Positions 41,501 to 50,106 of a stretch of 64,000 nt of DNA are shown here, piece by piece. A model generated the notes under the pieces. That model was not told the DNA's origin. It saw only the letters and a program-made list of their open reading frames with translations, and made no database searches. The first letter of the stretch is position 1, and every line of letters begins with the position of its first letter. This stretch comes from an uncultured Gemmatimonadaceae bacterium (GTDB taxonomy: Bacteria > Gemmatimonadota > Gemmatimonadetes > Gemmatimonadales > Gemmatimonadaceae): positions 1,632,001-1,696,000 of the forward strand of contig CAWJMB010000002.1 in NCBI GenBank assembly GCA_963843845.1, given 5' to 3'. The position numbers and the translations under genes were made by a program.

Positions 41501-42039
41501 TCTCGGCGGCGGCGGTTCAGTCGACGCTCGATCAGACCCAGACGCCGCCGACGTTCTTCGGCGCGCCGAACGGCCCGAACAGCGTGTCGCTCACGTTCCA
41601 GGCGAACACGGCGGGTAGCGCGACGACCGCCGGCTTCACGCCGACGCTCAACAGCGCGACCGCTGGTGCGCCGTCGTCGCTGACCATCAACCTGGTTCAG
41701 AACGGCACCGCGAACACCGCGTTCAACAACCAGTTCACCCGTGTCGAGCTCTATCAGCGCGGCACGACGCCTGGCCAGAACGCGACGTTCAACTTCAACC
41801 CGTTCGTCTCGACGACGGCGTACACGCTCATCGGTCAGTTCGGCGCTTCGGCGACGAGCATCTCGACGACGACGTCGACGATCTCGAACTCGTTCACGGT
41901 GACGCCGGGTTCCGGCGGCATCACGGGCTTCCCGAGCTCGGCTGGCACGTCGAACCTCGACCTGCTCGTGGTCGCGTCGAACGCGCAGGGCTACTCGATC
42001 GCCTTCATCATCCCGACGATCACGCTGACCAACCCGTAA
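38512..42039 (+). CDS. 1175-aa Ig-like (Big_2) domain surface lipoprotein, S-layer candidate
   Basis: Lipobox LAAC; Big_2-like repeats (VATVDATGRVTA, IARVSSTGVITG); T/A/G/S/V/N-rich; RBS AGAGGA; strongly biased codon use. Confidence 0.85.
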   Translation: MRLVNWRVLVLGAAGLGLAACGDDVVIGDTPISFTTNPSSISCTAGQSTAVGVTVSGGSGTPTVAFSAGNGNATVTGSGTSATVLCTTAGASAVNFTITSGGQTVTGSIPVTITGVASPVQAVTINPTSAVVAPGGSVQFTASVSLANGAPANTSTAVTFSVADQTVATVDATGRVTALATAAGRSTVVRATSVANTNLVASATLQVGTAASLVQSLSVSPGTTTLIPGQTQQITSNVTLAAGAPTGTSTGVTYVSSDTSIARVSSTGVITGGSRAGTATITIASVAAPTVTQTVAVTVSQQAPVVLTIQSLTTTTAAGQTINVDQANVNGPIFLTLNLDPGSFRPDSIVATLGNQRIVCQRFSAQLAEAYRAAAQGASADVQPVVCQLNTAAFDTTTGVAQIINGQQQLNATAYYRPVGGGSSTTQSAQIGVNLTLNNQSGFFVNVTNTPSAAQTANGGPANGQTTGPQGVLWRAGDIRVQVVPVFFTTPGGTPTGTQTLTVALADQNNPGGFATQTVSFNAGSSATATFTGTTAAYTPNPANNTVTGYSSPNAGGVNTGGAPVPAGAAQGTQIIVNGNVNTTFLSSAGRISNGSTIYIDNAAPENRNQFVSSNFLQAAGPTGFINGSFVFADSVQQAALGTALGDNNGVDRVARSFFFATNPLITGGAALTPGQIVANGTSVANSGSITQNPTIGSYVAAARLVDALGNAVATNVTALAGLGNAQFQFGVITATPVLTFLGTTNIASSQQIGLAQGAGARVLTFQATSTAAANTTNPPFPSRFVVGTLQVVTPAGTFCATPSDTAVTAAGGAATVTGATQTNTNPPCPQLAFNTISIDPQTARAGIYTFSGQARDVAGNLSAVVTRSFVIDRVAPITVNAIVATPPLSGGASETFQATTTDNLGLVTQVGLVGYQTPTEIVLRYNGTAIGTALATPFTSSATLSVTVPTFIRGIALQSQTAPNQFVAVNSNTFSTVGAVAIGATDNGGNYGYGTISAAAVQSTLDQTQTPPTFFGAPNGPNSVSLTFQANTAGSATTAGFTPTLNSATAGAPSSLTINLVQNGTANTAFNNQFTRVELYQRGTTPGQNATFNFNPFVSTTAYTLIGQFGASATSISTTTSTISNSFTVTPGSGGITGFPSSAGTSNLDLLVVASNAQGYSIAFIIPTITLTNP

Positions 42040-42071
42040 GGGTCGGCTAGCTGGAAACCGTCTGGTGCACT

Positions 42072-42098
42072 GGGCCCCGCCGCAAGGCGGGGCCCTTT
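42072..42098 (+). terminator. Intrinsic terminator
   Basis: GGGCCCCGCC-GCAA-GGCGGGGCCC-TTT: perfect 10-bp stem with GNRA loop. Confidence 0.8.
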
Positions 42099-42214
42099 GC
42101 ATTCGACCCCGATCGATCCGGGCTGCGATGTGGCCACGGCAGGGTTCCTCGAGGAATGCAGCCGGGGTTAGTTTCGCGAGGAACTTCGAGCCTGCCGCAT
42201 CTGACCCATCGCAT

Positions 42215-42715
42215 ATGCCCAAGGACGCCTCCTTCGACATCACGACCGGCGTCGACTTGCAGGAAGTCGACAATGCGGTCAATCAGGCGCAAAAGGAGAT
42301 TGCCCAGCGGTACGACTTCAAAGGCACCAAGGCGTCGATCGAGCTTCGCCGCGATGAGGGGAAGATTCTGCTCGTGGCGGACAGCGACTTCCTGATGGAC
42401 GCGCTGCTCGACGTCGTGCGTGCCAAACTCATCCGCCGCGGCGTGCCGACGAAGAACCTCGACATCGGCAAGAGTGTTGCAGCGGGCGGAGACACCGTGC
42501 GCCGGGAGATCGTGCTGAAAATGGCGCTCGATTCGGACACGGCCCGTCACGTCGTCGCGGATCTCAAGGCAGCCAAGCTCCGGAAGGTGCAGGCCGCCAT
42601 CCAGGGTGAGCAGGTTCGCGTCAGTGCGCCGTCGCGTGACGACCTCCAGGCCGCGATCGCGATCCTGCGCGACGGCGAGTACGGTGTCGAGTTGCAGTTC
42701 GGCAACTACCGGTAA
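42215..42715 (+). CDS. yajQ: YajQ family nucleotide/c-di-GMP-binding protein
   Basis: SFDI, EVDNAVNQA.KEI..RYDFKG, QAAIQGEQVRV, RDDLQ, QFGNYR. Confidence 0.93.
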   Translation: MPKDASFDITTGVDLQEVDNAVNQAQKEIAQRYDFKGTKASIELRRDEGKILLVADSDFLMDALLDVVRAKLIRRGVPTKNLDIGKSVAAGGDTVRREIVLKMALDSDTARHVVADLKAAKLRKVQAAIQGEQVRVSAPSRDDLQAAIAILRDGEYGVELQFGNYR

Positions 42716-42763
42716 GCCACGGCGCCCAGGCGCGAGCGGCCTTCACCTCTCATCTCGGGTCTC

Positions 42764-45007
42764 ATGAATCTGCGTCGTGCTCTGTGGAGCCGTCTCGCGA
42801 CGGTCTCGTGCGCCGTGGCACTCGTCGCTGGCTGCGGCGACGCGAACGAACCTTCGACCCCCAGCCAGATCACGTCGACATCTGGCACGGCAATCACGGC
42901 CCCCGCCGGGACCACCGTGAACGTCACGGTCCGCGTGGATGCATCGAACGGCCGCGCGCTACAGGGTCAGGTCGTCGCGTTCTCTGCCGCCACGGGGGGC
43001 GGGTCCGTCACGCCGGTGACCGCCACGACCGACGCGTCCGGCCAAGCGTCGACCGCCTGGCGCCTCGGCGCCGCGATCGGGCCGCAGACCCTCACAGTCA
43101 CGTCGGGATCGGTGGTGGCGAGCATCATCGCCACCTCGACTGTGGGAGCACCGGCGTCGGTGGCGTTCACCGCCGGCGCTGGTCAGACGGCGCAGGTAGG
43201 TACCGTCGTTGCGACATCGCCGGCGATCACCGTTCGCGACGCCGGCGGGAACGGCGTCCCCGGCATCCAGGTCACATTCAGTTCCACGCCGGGCGGCGTC
43301 GCCACGCCGTCGACCGTGACGACCGACGCGAACGGCGTGGCTCGCCTCACGAGCTACACACTCGGCCAACAGGCCGGGACGTACACGCTGCAGGCGACGG
43401 TCCTGGCCTCGACGATCTCGGGTAATCCGGCGACGATCACCGCGACTGCGACGGCTGGAGGGGCGTCGCGCGTCGACATCGTCGCGGGAAATAGCGTGTC
43501 GGCAACGGTCGGATCGACAGTCGCCGCGGCCAATCTGCCGTCGATCGCGGTGCGCGATCAGTTCGGGAATCCGGTCGCAGGGGTCTCGGTCACGTTCGCC
43601 GTCACAGGCGGAGGGGGCGCGATCACGGGTGGGACTCAGACCACGAACCCGCAGGGAATCGCGACGATCGGCGGGCTGACACTTGGACAGACGTCTGGCG
43701 CGAACACGATCACGGCGACGGCGCAGGGTGTCGGAACGACCACCTTCACGATCACCGGAACGGCCGCGGCGGCCGCGCAGACGATCATCGTCTCCGGCAA
43801 CAACCAGGCAGTCGGGGCCGGGCAGGCGCTTCAGGTGGGACCGAGTGTGCGCGTGGTGGACCGGTTCGGTAATCCGGTGAGCGGCGCCATCGTGCAATTC
43901 GTCGTCACGGGCGGCGGAGCGAACGTGGTCGGCAGCACGCAGACGACGAACGCCGCCGGCGTGGCGACGGTCGGTGCCGTCGTGCTCGGCGCGACCCCGG
44001 GAACGACGACCATCGCCGCGCGAGTCGCAGGGGTTCCCGATGTGACGTTCACTGTGACCGGGCTGTCAGGCCCGCCGGCGCGGCTCGTTCGGGTGAGCGG
44101 CGACTCACAGACTGTCGTCGCGTTCCGGAACTCGCCGCGGCCAGTCGTCGTCCAGGTGCTCGACGTGGCAGGATTCCCGGTCCGGAACGCGACAGTCACA
44201 TTCGCACTGTCGAACAGCGCGACTGGCGCGTTGACCGCCACGTCAGCTGTGACCGATTCCCTCGGTCGAGCGAGCACGACATTCACGGCGAACGGTTCCG
44301 CGGGTGTGAACACGATCACGGCGACTGCCGGCTCGCTGACGCCGGTACAGTTCGTCGTGACGACGACGACCAACGTCGTCGCGTCGGTGACTCCGATCAC
44401 GCCGATCAGACAGACGGCGACGACCTCCAGCCCGGTGCCGTTTCCGCCGGCTGTCCAGCTACGCGATGAGCTCGGCAACCCAGTCGCCGGGGTGACGGTC
44501 TACTTCGGGGTCTACACCGGCTCCGGAAGCGTGCAGAACGCCACCGCCGTGTCAGACGCGACCGGCATCGCGACCTCCGGCTCGTGGACGATCGGTGGGA
44601 CACCAGGCGAGAATCTCCTCGCGGCCCTCTCGGCGGTGCCAGGCAACGTTCCCGGGTCGACGATCACGTTCGTCGCGAATGGGATCACCGCCCCGACGAA
44701 CGCGACCCTCGCGCAGGTGGCCGGAGTCACGCCGGCGACGGCGCCGGCAGGGGGGACGGTCCCGGTCGCTGTGCGACTGCTCGACGTGACAGGTGCGCCC
44801 GTGCCCGGCCTCACGATTCAGTTCCAGGTCACCGTGGGTGGGGGAAACATCGGCGGACAGGTCACGGGATCGGCCGTGACCGACGCAAACGGCATCGCCA
44901 CGCTCTCGAACTTCACGCTCGGCTCCGCCGCCGGGACGGTGAACACGGTGTCCGCGTTCCTCGCCGGCACATCCTTGAGCGTACCGATTTCCATCACCAC
45001 GCAGTGA
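42764..45007 (+). CDS. 747-aa lipoprotein of seven invasin/intimin-type Ig-like (Big_1) repeats
   Basis: Lipobox VAGC; seven D..G.(P)V.G..V.F...TD..G.A units. Confidence 0.88.
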   Translation: MNLRRALWSRLATVSCAVALVAGCGDANEPSTPSQITSTSGTAITAPAGTTVNVTVRVDASNGRALQGQVVAFSAATGGGSVTPVTATTDASGQASTAWRLGAAIGPQTLTVTSGSVVASIIATSTVGAPASVAFTAGAGQTAQVGTVVATSPAITVRDAGGNGVPGIQVTFSSTPGGVATPSTVTTDANGVARLTSYTLGQQAGTYTLQATVLASTISGNPATITATATAGGASRVDIVAGNSVSATVGSTVAAANLPSIAVRDQFGNPVAGVSVTFAVTGGGGAITGGTQTTNPQGIATIGGLTLGQTSGANTITATAQGVGTTTFTITGTAAAAAQTIIVSGNNQAVGAGQALQVGPSVRVVDRFGNPVSGAIVQFVVTGGGANVVGSTQTTNAAGVATVGAVVLGATPGTTTIAARVAGVPDVTFTVTGLSGPPARLVRVSGDSQTVVAFRNSPRPVVVQVLDVAGFPVRNATVTFALSNSATGALTATSAVTDSLGRASTTFTANGSAGVNTITATAGSLTPVQFVVTTTTNVVASVTPITPIRQTATTSSPVPFPPAVQLRDELGNPVAGVTVYFGVYTGSGSVQNATAVSDATGIATSGSWTIGGTPGENLLAALSAVPGNVPGSTITFVANGITAPTNATLAQVAGVTPATAPAGGTVPVAVRLLDVTGAPVPGLTIQFQVTVGGGNIGGQVTGSAVTDANGIATLSNFTLGSAAGTVNTVSAFLAGTSLSVPISITTQ

Positions 45008-45040
45008 ACTAGCGACCTTTCGCTGCAGGGGCTTTCGAGG

Positions 45041-45081
45041 ACGTGGGGCTCCGAACGACATCGTTCGGAGCCCCACGTTTT
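45041..45081 (+). terminator. Long hairpin, probable terminator (18-bp perfect inverted repeat)
   Basis: ACGTGGGGCTCCGAACGA-ca-TCGTTCGGAGCCCCACGT followed by TTT. Confidence 0.75.
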
Positions 45082-45178
45082 CATGAGGGTGCTCTGATTG
45101 AGCCCGCCACCGCCATGCACTAACCTGAAGGATGCTAGACATTCGTTTCCGTATCAGCGGTCGGATCGCCCTCTCTGT

Positions 45179-46570
45179 ATGAGGGTCGCCCTCGTGACGC
45201 TCGGCTGCGACAAGAACACCGTCGACAGCGAGCGCTACCTCGCCGAGCTCGTCGCCCATGGCGCCGAGCCGACCGTCGATCTCGAGTCCGCCGAGGTGAT
45301 TCTCGTGAACACCTGTGGGTTCATCGACGCGGCGAAGCAGGAATCGATCGATGCGATCGTCGACGCCGGGAGGCTGAAGGTCGACGGCGCGTGCCTGGCG
45401 GTCGTCGCGGTGGGCTGCATGGTCGAGCGACACAAACAGGAGCTGGCCGACGCGCTTCCGGAAGTCGACCTCTTCCTGGGCGCGTCGGAAGTCGACCGTC
45501 TCATTCCCGAGCTCGCGTCGCGAGGCATCGTCGCCCCCGACCGGCTCGTCGCGCATCCCGGCGTGCGCCTCTTCCTGGGTGGGAAGCCGCACGTCCGCTA
45601 CCTCAAGGTCAGCGAAGGGTGCGACCATGGCTGCGCCTTCTGCGCGATCCCGCTGATGCGCGGACGGCATCGATCGTTCGCGCTCGACGAGATCATCCGC
45701 GAGGCGCAGCTGCTCGAGCTGCAGGGCGTGCGCGAAGTGAATCTCGTGGCGCAGGACCTCGCGCACTACGGGCGCGACCGGCGTGACGGCGTCGGGCTAC
45801 CACAGTTGCTCGAGGCGCTCGTGCGCGAGACCTCGATTCCGTGGATTCGGAATCTCTATCTGTACTCTGCCGGGATCACGCCCCAACTGCTCGAGGTGAT
45901 CGCCGCGAACCCGCGGATTCTGCGCTACCTCGACATGCCGATGCAGCACGCGTCCGATGCCGTGTTGGAGCGCATGCGGCGGCCGGAGCGCCAACGAACG
46001 ATCCGTGAGAAGGTGGCGCGGTTCCGGGAGGCGGTGCCCGATCTCGCGCTGCGAACGACGTGCATCGTCGGCTTCCCGGGGGAGACGGAGGACGACTTCC
46101 GGCGGCTGCTCGACTTCCTGGAAGAGATGCGGTTCGATCGGGTCGGGGCGTTCACCTACTCGCCGCAGGAAGGGACGCGGGCGTGTGAATTGGAGGACGA
46201 CGTCCCGGATCCGATCAAGCGCGATCGCCTCGAGCGGCTGATGGACGTGCAGCGTGGGATCACGGCGGAGCGCTACGACCAGTACGTCGGACGGTCGACG
46301 ACGGTGCTGATCGACGAGGTCGGTGCGGGATCGTCGCCGGCACAGGCGCGCGCTCCGTGGCAGGCCGACGACATCGACGGCATCACCTTCGTGCGAACCG
46401 ATGCACCAGCCGGCGCACTCGTCGACGTGCGCATCGACGACGTCGTCGACGAATACGATTTCGTCACGACGTGCGTCGGCGTCGCGTCGCTGCCCAACGG
46501 GGCGCCGCGACGCCGAACGCGGATGCTGCCGATGGCAGGAGCGAGCACCGTGGGAAGCTTCGGGCGCTGA
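45179..46570 (+). CDS. rimO: Ribosomal protein S12 methylthiotransferase RimO
   Basis: LGCDKNTVDSE, NTCGFI..AKQESI, SEGCDHGCAFC, C-terminal TRAM-like region. Confidence 0.93.
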   Translation: MRVALVTLGCDKNTVDSERYLAELVAHGAEPTVDLESAEVILVNTCGFIDAAKQESIDAIVDAGRLKVDGACLAVVAVGCMVERHKQELADALPEVDLFLGASEVDRLIPELASRGIVAPDRLVAHPGVRLFLGGKPHVRYLKVSEGCDHGCAFCAIPLMRGRHRSFALDEIIREAQLLELQGVREVNLVAQDLAHYGRDRRDGVGLPQLLEALVRETSIPWIRNLYLYSAGITPQLLEVIAANPRILRYLDMPMQHASDAVLERMRRPERQRTIREKVARFREAVPDLALRTTCIVGFPGETEDDFRRLLDFLEEMRFDRVGAFTYSPQEGTRACELEDDVPDPIKRDRLERLMDVQRGITAERYDQYVGRSTTVLIDEVGAGSSPAQARAPWQADDIDGITFVRTDAPAGALVDVRIDDVVDEYDFVTTCVGVASLPNGAPRRRTRMLPMAGASTVGSFGR

Positions 46571-46573
46571 AGC

Positions 46574-47974
46574 GTGATGGGGACGCGCGGCACTCGTGCG
46601 TCCACAGCACGACTCCTGGTCCTCGTCGTACTCGGCGCAGGGTCGGTCGCGTGCTGTGCGCGGCGCGACCCGGCCGTCAGCCCGGCCATCGGTGCCGCGG
46701 TCGACCGGCCTCGACGAGCGTCGCCTCCTCGCGACGCGGACGCGAGGTCCGCGGTGCGCCGAGTCGCGCGCGGCGGGGAGATCGAACAGTCCGTCGGGCG
46801 CGTCGCGCGCGTCGTATTGGGAACGGCGGTCGGGGAAGCGCGCATCGGCGCGACCGGTGAGTGGCGGCTCGTCGATGAGCTGGGGCGCGACGTCGCGGGG
46901 CGGATGCTCGCCGGGGGCACGGTGCGTATCGAAGGACGCGGCGGCACTCTACGCATCGTCGGCGCGTCCACCGAGACCGGATGGCTCGCCGGGCCGGTGA
47001 TCGCTCGGCCGTCGAGCGACGGGTCGTACGCGACGTACAACGCGCGGCGGTGGCGTGGCGAGGTGTGGATGCATGCGACCGGCGGCACCGTCACGATCGT
47101 CAACCGCGTGCCGGTCGAGTCGTACCTGCGCGGTGTCGTGCCGCTGGAGCTGGGTACGTCCGCTCCGAACGAACGGGCCGCCCTCGAGGCGCAGGCCGTC
47201 GCCGCGCGCAGCTACGTCTACAGTCGCCTGCCCGAATTCGAGCCGCGGGCTGCGGCGATGCGACGTGCGGCCCAACCCTTCGATCTCCGTGCGACGACGA
47301 GCGATCAGGTCTACGGCGGCGTCGACGTCGAACGCGCCGCTGCCGACCGCGCGATCGTCGCGACCTCCGGGCTCGTTCTTCGCTACGAGGGTGCCGTGGT
47401 GACGGCGCCGTACCACTCGGCCTGCGGTGGGAGTACCGCCGAGCCGGCGGAGCTGTGGAATTCGGAGCGAGAACCGTGGCTCTCGCGGGTGAGCGACCGG
47501 ATACCCGGCACGGATCGATACTACTGCGACATCGCGCCGCGCTTTCGGTGGACGCGTACGTGGGACGATGCGACGCTTCGTGGTGTGCTCACACGGTACC
47601 TGCGCGCGTCGAGCCGGGTGCAGACACCGGTGCGCCTGGTGCGCTCCCTCGCCGTCAACGGCCGTACGCCGAGCGGTCGCGCCGCATCGCTCGACATCGT
47701 GACGGGTGACGGGACCGCGACGTTACGCGGCAACGACATCCGTTTCGTTCTGCGAACGGCCGGCGGCGATATATTGCCGAGCACGAACTTTATCGTAGAC
47801 AGTGAGCGCGGCGGCGACGGACGCGTCGCACTCGTGACGATCCGCGGGAATGGCAACGGGCACGGCGTCGGGATGTGCCAGTGGGGTGCGGTCGGGCGCG
47901 CCCGCGCAGGACAGGACTTTCGAATGATTCTTCGCGCCTACTTTCCCCGTGCGTCGGTCGAGCCGGTCGAGTGA
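46574..47974 (+). CDS. SpoIID/LytB domain protein
   Basis: YLRGVVPLE, EAQAVAARSY, DQVYGG, YHSACGG, GHGVGMCQWGA. Confidence 0.9.
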   Translation: MMGTRGTRASTARLLVLVVLGAGSVACCARRDPAVSPAIGAAVDRPRRASPPRDADARSAVRRVARGGEIEQSVGRVARVVLGTAVGEARIGATGEWRLVDELGRDVAGRMLAGGTVRIEGRGGTLRIVGASTETGWLAGPVIARPSSDGSYATYNARRWRGEVWMHATGGTVTIVNRVPVESYLRGVVPLELGTSAPNERAALEAQAVAARSYVYSRLPEFEPRAAAMRRAAQPFDLRATTSDQVYGGVDVERAAADRAIVATSGLVLRYEGAVVTAPYHSACGGSTAEPAELWNSEREPWLSRVSDRIPGTDRYYCDIAPRFRWTRTWDDATLRGVLTRYLRASSRVQTPVRLVRSLAVNGRTPSGRAASLDIVTGDGTATLRGNDIRFVLRTAGGDILPSTNFIVDSERGGDGRVALVTIRGNGNGHGVGMCQWGAVGRARAGQDFRMILRAYFPRASVEPVE

Positions 47975-47989
47975 GAACAGGGTGAGCGC

Positions 47990-48829
47990 ATGCGCGTGAG
48001 CTTGCGCGCGCCCGGGCGCGCGCGACGGTCCCTCGAGATGCTCGCCGTCGGGTTCGCGCTGCTCGGGCTGATCGTGCTGCCCGTGCGGGTCGCACACGCG
48101 CAGGCGCCACCGCGCCCGCGCCCGGATACGAATCCGTCGCCGCCCCCGCTCACGCCGTCCGACTCCGCACTCCGCGACAGCGTGATCACTTCCATCCTCG
48201 CCGAGGACTCGGCACGCGTGACGCGTGCACCGGCGTTCGCCATGTTCGGGCTCGACCGGTTGCGACTGCGCACGGTCGGAGCGTCGTACGGGATCGCGTG
48301 GCCGGGGCAGGCGACGCAGGCGAGGCTCTACTCAGTGCACGCGGACTACGGCCAGGTGTATCCGGACGTGCGATTGCTCGCGGTCTCGTCGTACTGGTCG
48401 ACGGGCTATCGCGACGGCGAGGTCGCACGGCTGGCGAACGAGGTGCAGCGCAGCGTGCCTAACGCGACCGAACCGGCGGCGCTCGGACGCATCCGCGTCG
48501 CCGACCTGTCGGCGGGGGCGGAGCTTCGATGGCAGCCGTCGCTCGCCCGCCGCGCGACTCGCGTTCTCCACGCGGTGTACCCGTGGGTGGGGGGCGGATT
48601 CGCGTTGCACTTCGTCAACGTCGAGGGGCGCCCGATCAGCGATACGTTCGTCGAGCGCGCGCTCGACGCGGCGACGATCGGCCTGAACACGTCGCTCGGC
48701 ATCGACATCCGTCCGGTGCCCAACTTCGCCATCACGACCGTGGCGCGATACGACTTCCTCAGCAGCGTGCGCTACGGCTCCGTGCGGGCGGGCGCGACAT
48801 TCGTCTTCGGACCGGCAGGCGGCTGGTGA
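47990..48829 (+). CDS. Hypothetical outer-membrane beta-barrel-like protein
   Basis: Signal peptide; alternating beta strands (YPWVGGG, ARYDF, VRAGATFVF). Confidence 0.65.
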   Translation: MRVSLRAPGRARRSLEMLAVGFALLGLIVLPVRVAHAQAPPRPRPDTNPSPPPLTPSDSALRDSVITSILAEDSARVTRAPAFAMFGLDRLRLRTVGASYGIAWPGQATQARLYSVHADYGQVYPDVRLLAVSSYWSTGYRDGEVARLANEVQRSVPNATEPAALGRIRVADLSAGAELRWQPSLARRATRVLHAVYPWVGGGFALHFVNVEGRPISDTFVERALDAATIGLNTSLGIDIRPVPNFAITTVARYDFLSSVRYGSVRAGATFVFGPAGGW

Positions 48830-50106
48830 CCAGGTCGGCGCCGAACGTCCTGCGGGCATGGCTGTTCGTCCTGCTCGGCATGGTCGCGTGGGGTCGTCTG
48901 CGAGCGCAGTCGACGACCCCCGCAGTCGCCGCGCCCGGCAGCGACCTGTCGGTACGGTTGCTCACCATCGGCCAGGGCGACGAGGTCTGGGAGCGGTTCG
49001 GACACAATGCGCTCTGGATCCGCGATACGACCAGCGGACTCGACGTCGCCTTCAATTGGGGCACGTTCGACTTCAACGCGCCGAACTTCCTCGGGCGGTT
49101 CCTGGCGGGAACCAACGACTACATCCTCGTCGGCAACGACGCGAGCGCGAACATCCAGAAGTACATCGCCGAGAATCGGTCCATCTGGGTGCAGGAGCTG
49201 AATCTCACCCCCGCGCAACGACTCGCGCTGTTGCAGTTCGTCGAATGGAACGTGCGCCCGGAGAATCGCGCCTACCGCTACGACTACTACCGCGACAACT
49301 GCTCGACGCGCGTGCGGGATGCGCTCGACCGCGTGCTCGGCGGCGCGCTCGGCCGAGCGATGAGAGAGAAGCGCACGGGGACGTCGTATCGCTCGCACAC
49401 GCGGCGACTCACCGACGGCGACCCCCTGGTCTACACGGGCATCCAGCTCGCGCTGGGCCGGCCGGCGGACCGCGAGCTCGACGCGTGGGACGAGTCGTTC
49501 CTGCCGGTGCGGTTGATGGAGCACGTGCGCGCCGTCCGCGTCGACGGTCCCGACGGTCCCACGGCGCTCGTCGCATCGGAGCGCCAGCTCTTCGCCGCGC
49601 GGCGACCGGCCGAACTCGCCAGCACGCCGAACCACGTGCTCGCGTATCTGACCGGTGGCCTCACGCTCGGCGCGATCTTGTGGGTGCTCGCGAACGCGGC
49701 GCGCCGCGGTCAGCGCGGCGCGGCAGCGCTCTTCGGCGTGCTCGCTGGGCTATGGACGCTCCTGGCCGGACTCGCCGGTGTGGCGCTGCTCCTCGCCGGC
49801 ACGGTCACCCGGCACGTCTTCATGGGCCGCAACCTGAACCTCGCGGCGTTCAGTCCACTGGCGCTGCTGTTGCTCGGCACGCTCGTCGTCGCGCTCGGTG
49901 CGCGGCAGGTGGCGACGCGCGCGAGGTGGACGGCACGCGCGTCGAACGTCGCCGCCCTGCTGCTCGCGCTCTCGACGATCGGATGGGTCGTGGCGCTGAC
50001 CGTCGGGCAGCGAAGCGGCGAGCTGTTCGCGCTCGCGCTTCCGGTGCACCTCGCGCTGTGGACCGGGTTGCGCACCCTGAGCCGCCCGGTCGACGCCCGC
50101 GCGTGA
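48826..50106 (+). CDS. DUF4105 (Lnb-like) domain membrane protein
   Basis: FGHNALWI, NWGTFDF, YRYDYYRDNCSTR, FLP; C-terminal TM bundle. Confidence 0.82.
   Translation: MTRSAPNVLRAWLFVLLGMVAWGRLRAQSTTPAVAAPGSDLSVRLLTIGQGDEVWERFGHNALWIRDTTSGLDVAFNWGTFDFNAPNFLGRFLAGTNDYILVGNDASANIQKYIAENRSIWVQELNLTPAQRLALLQFVEWNVRPENRAYRYDYYRDNCSTRVRDALDRVLGGALGRAMREKRTGTSYRSHTRRLTDGDPLVYTGIQLALGRPADRELDAWDESFLPVRLMEHVRAVRVDGPDGPTALVASERQLFAARRPAELASTPNHVLAYLTGGLTLGAILWVLANAARRGQRGAAALFGVLAGLWTLLAGLAGVALLLAGTVTRHVFMGRNLNLAAFSPLALLLLGTLVVALGARQVATRARWTARASNVAALLLALSTIGWVVALTVGQRSGELFALALPVHLALWTGLRTLSRPVDARA

Noticed and set aside
38062..42282. 1406-aa antisense ORF overlapping the S-layer candidate
   Set aside because: Arg-rich shadow frame; the sense gene avoids TTA/CTA/TCA codons, which removes antisense stops
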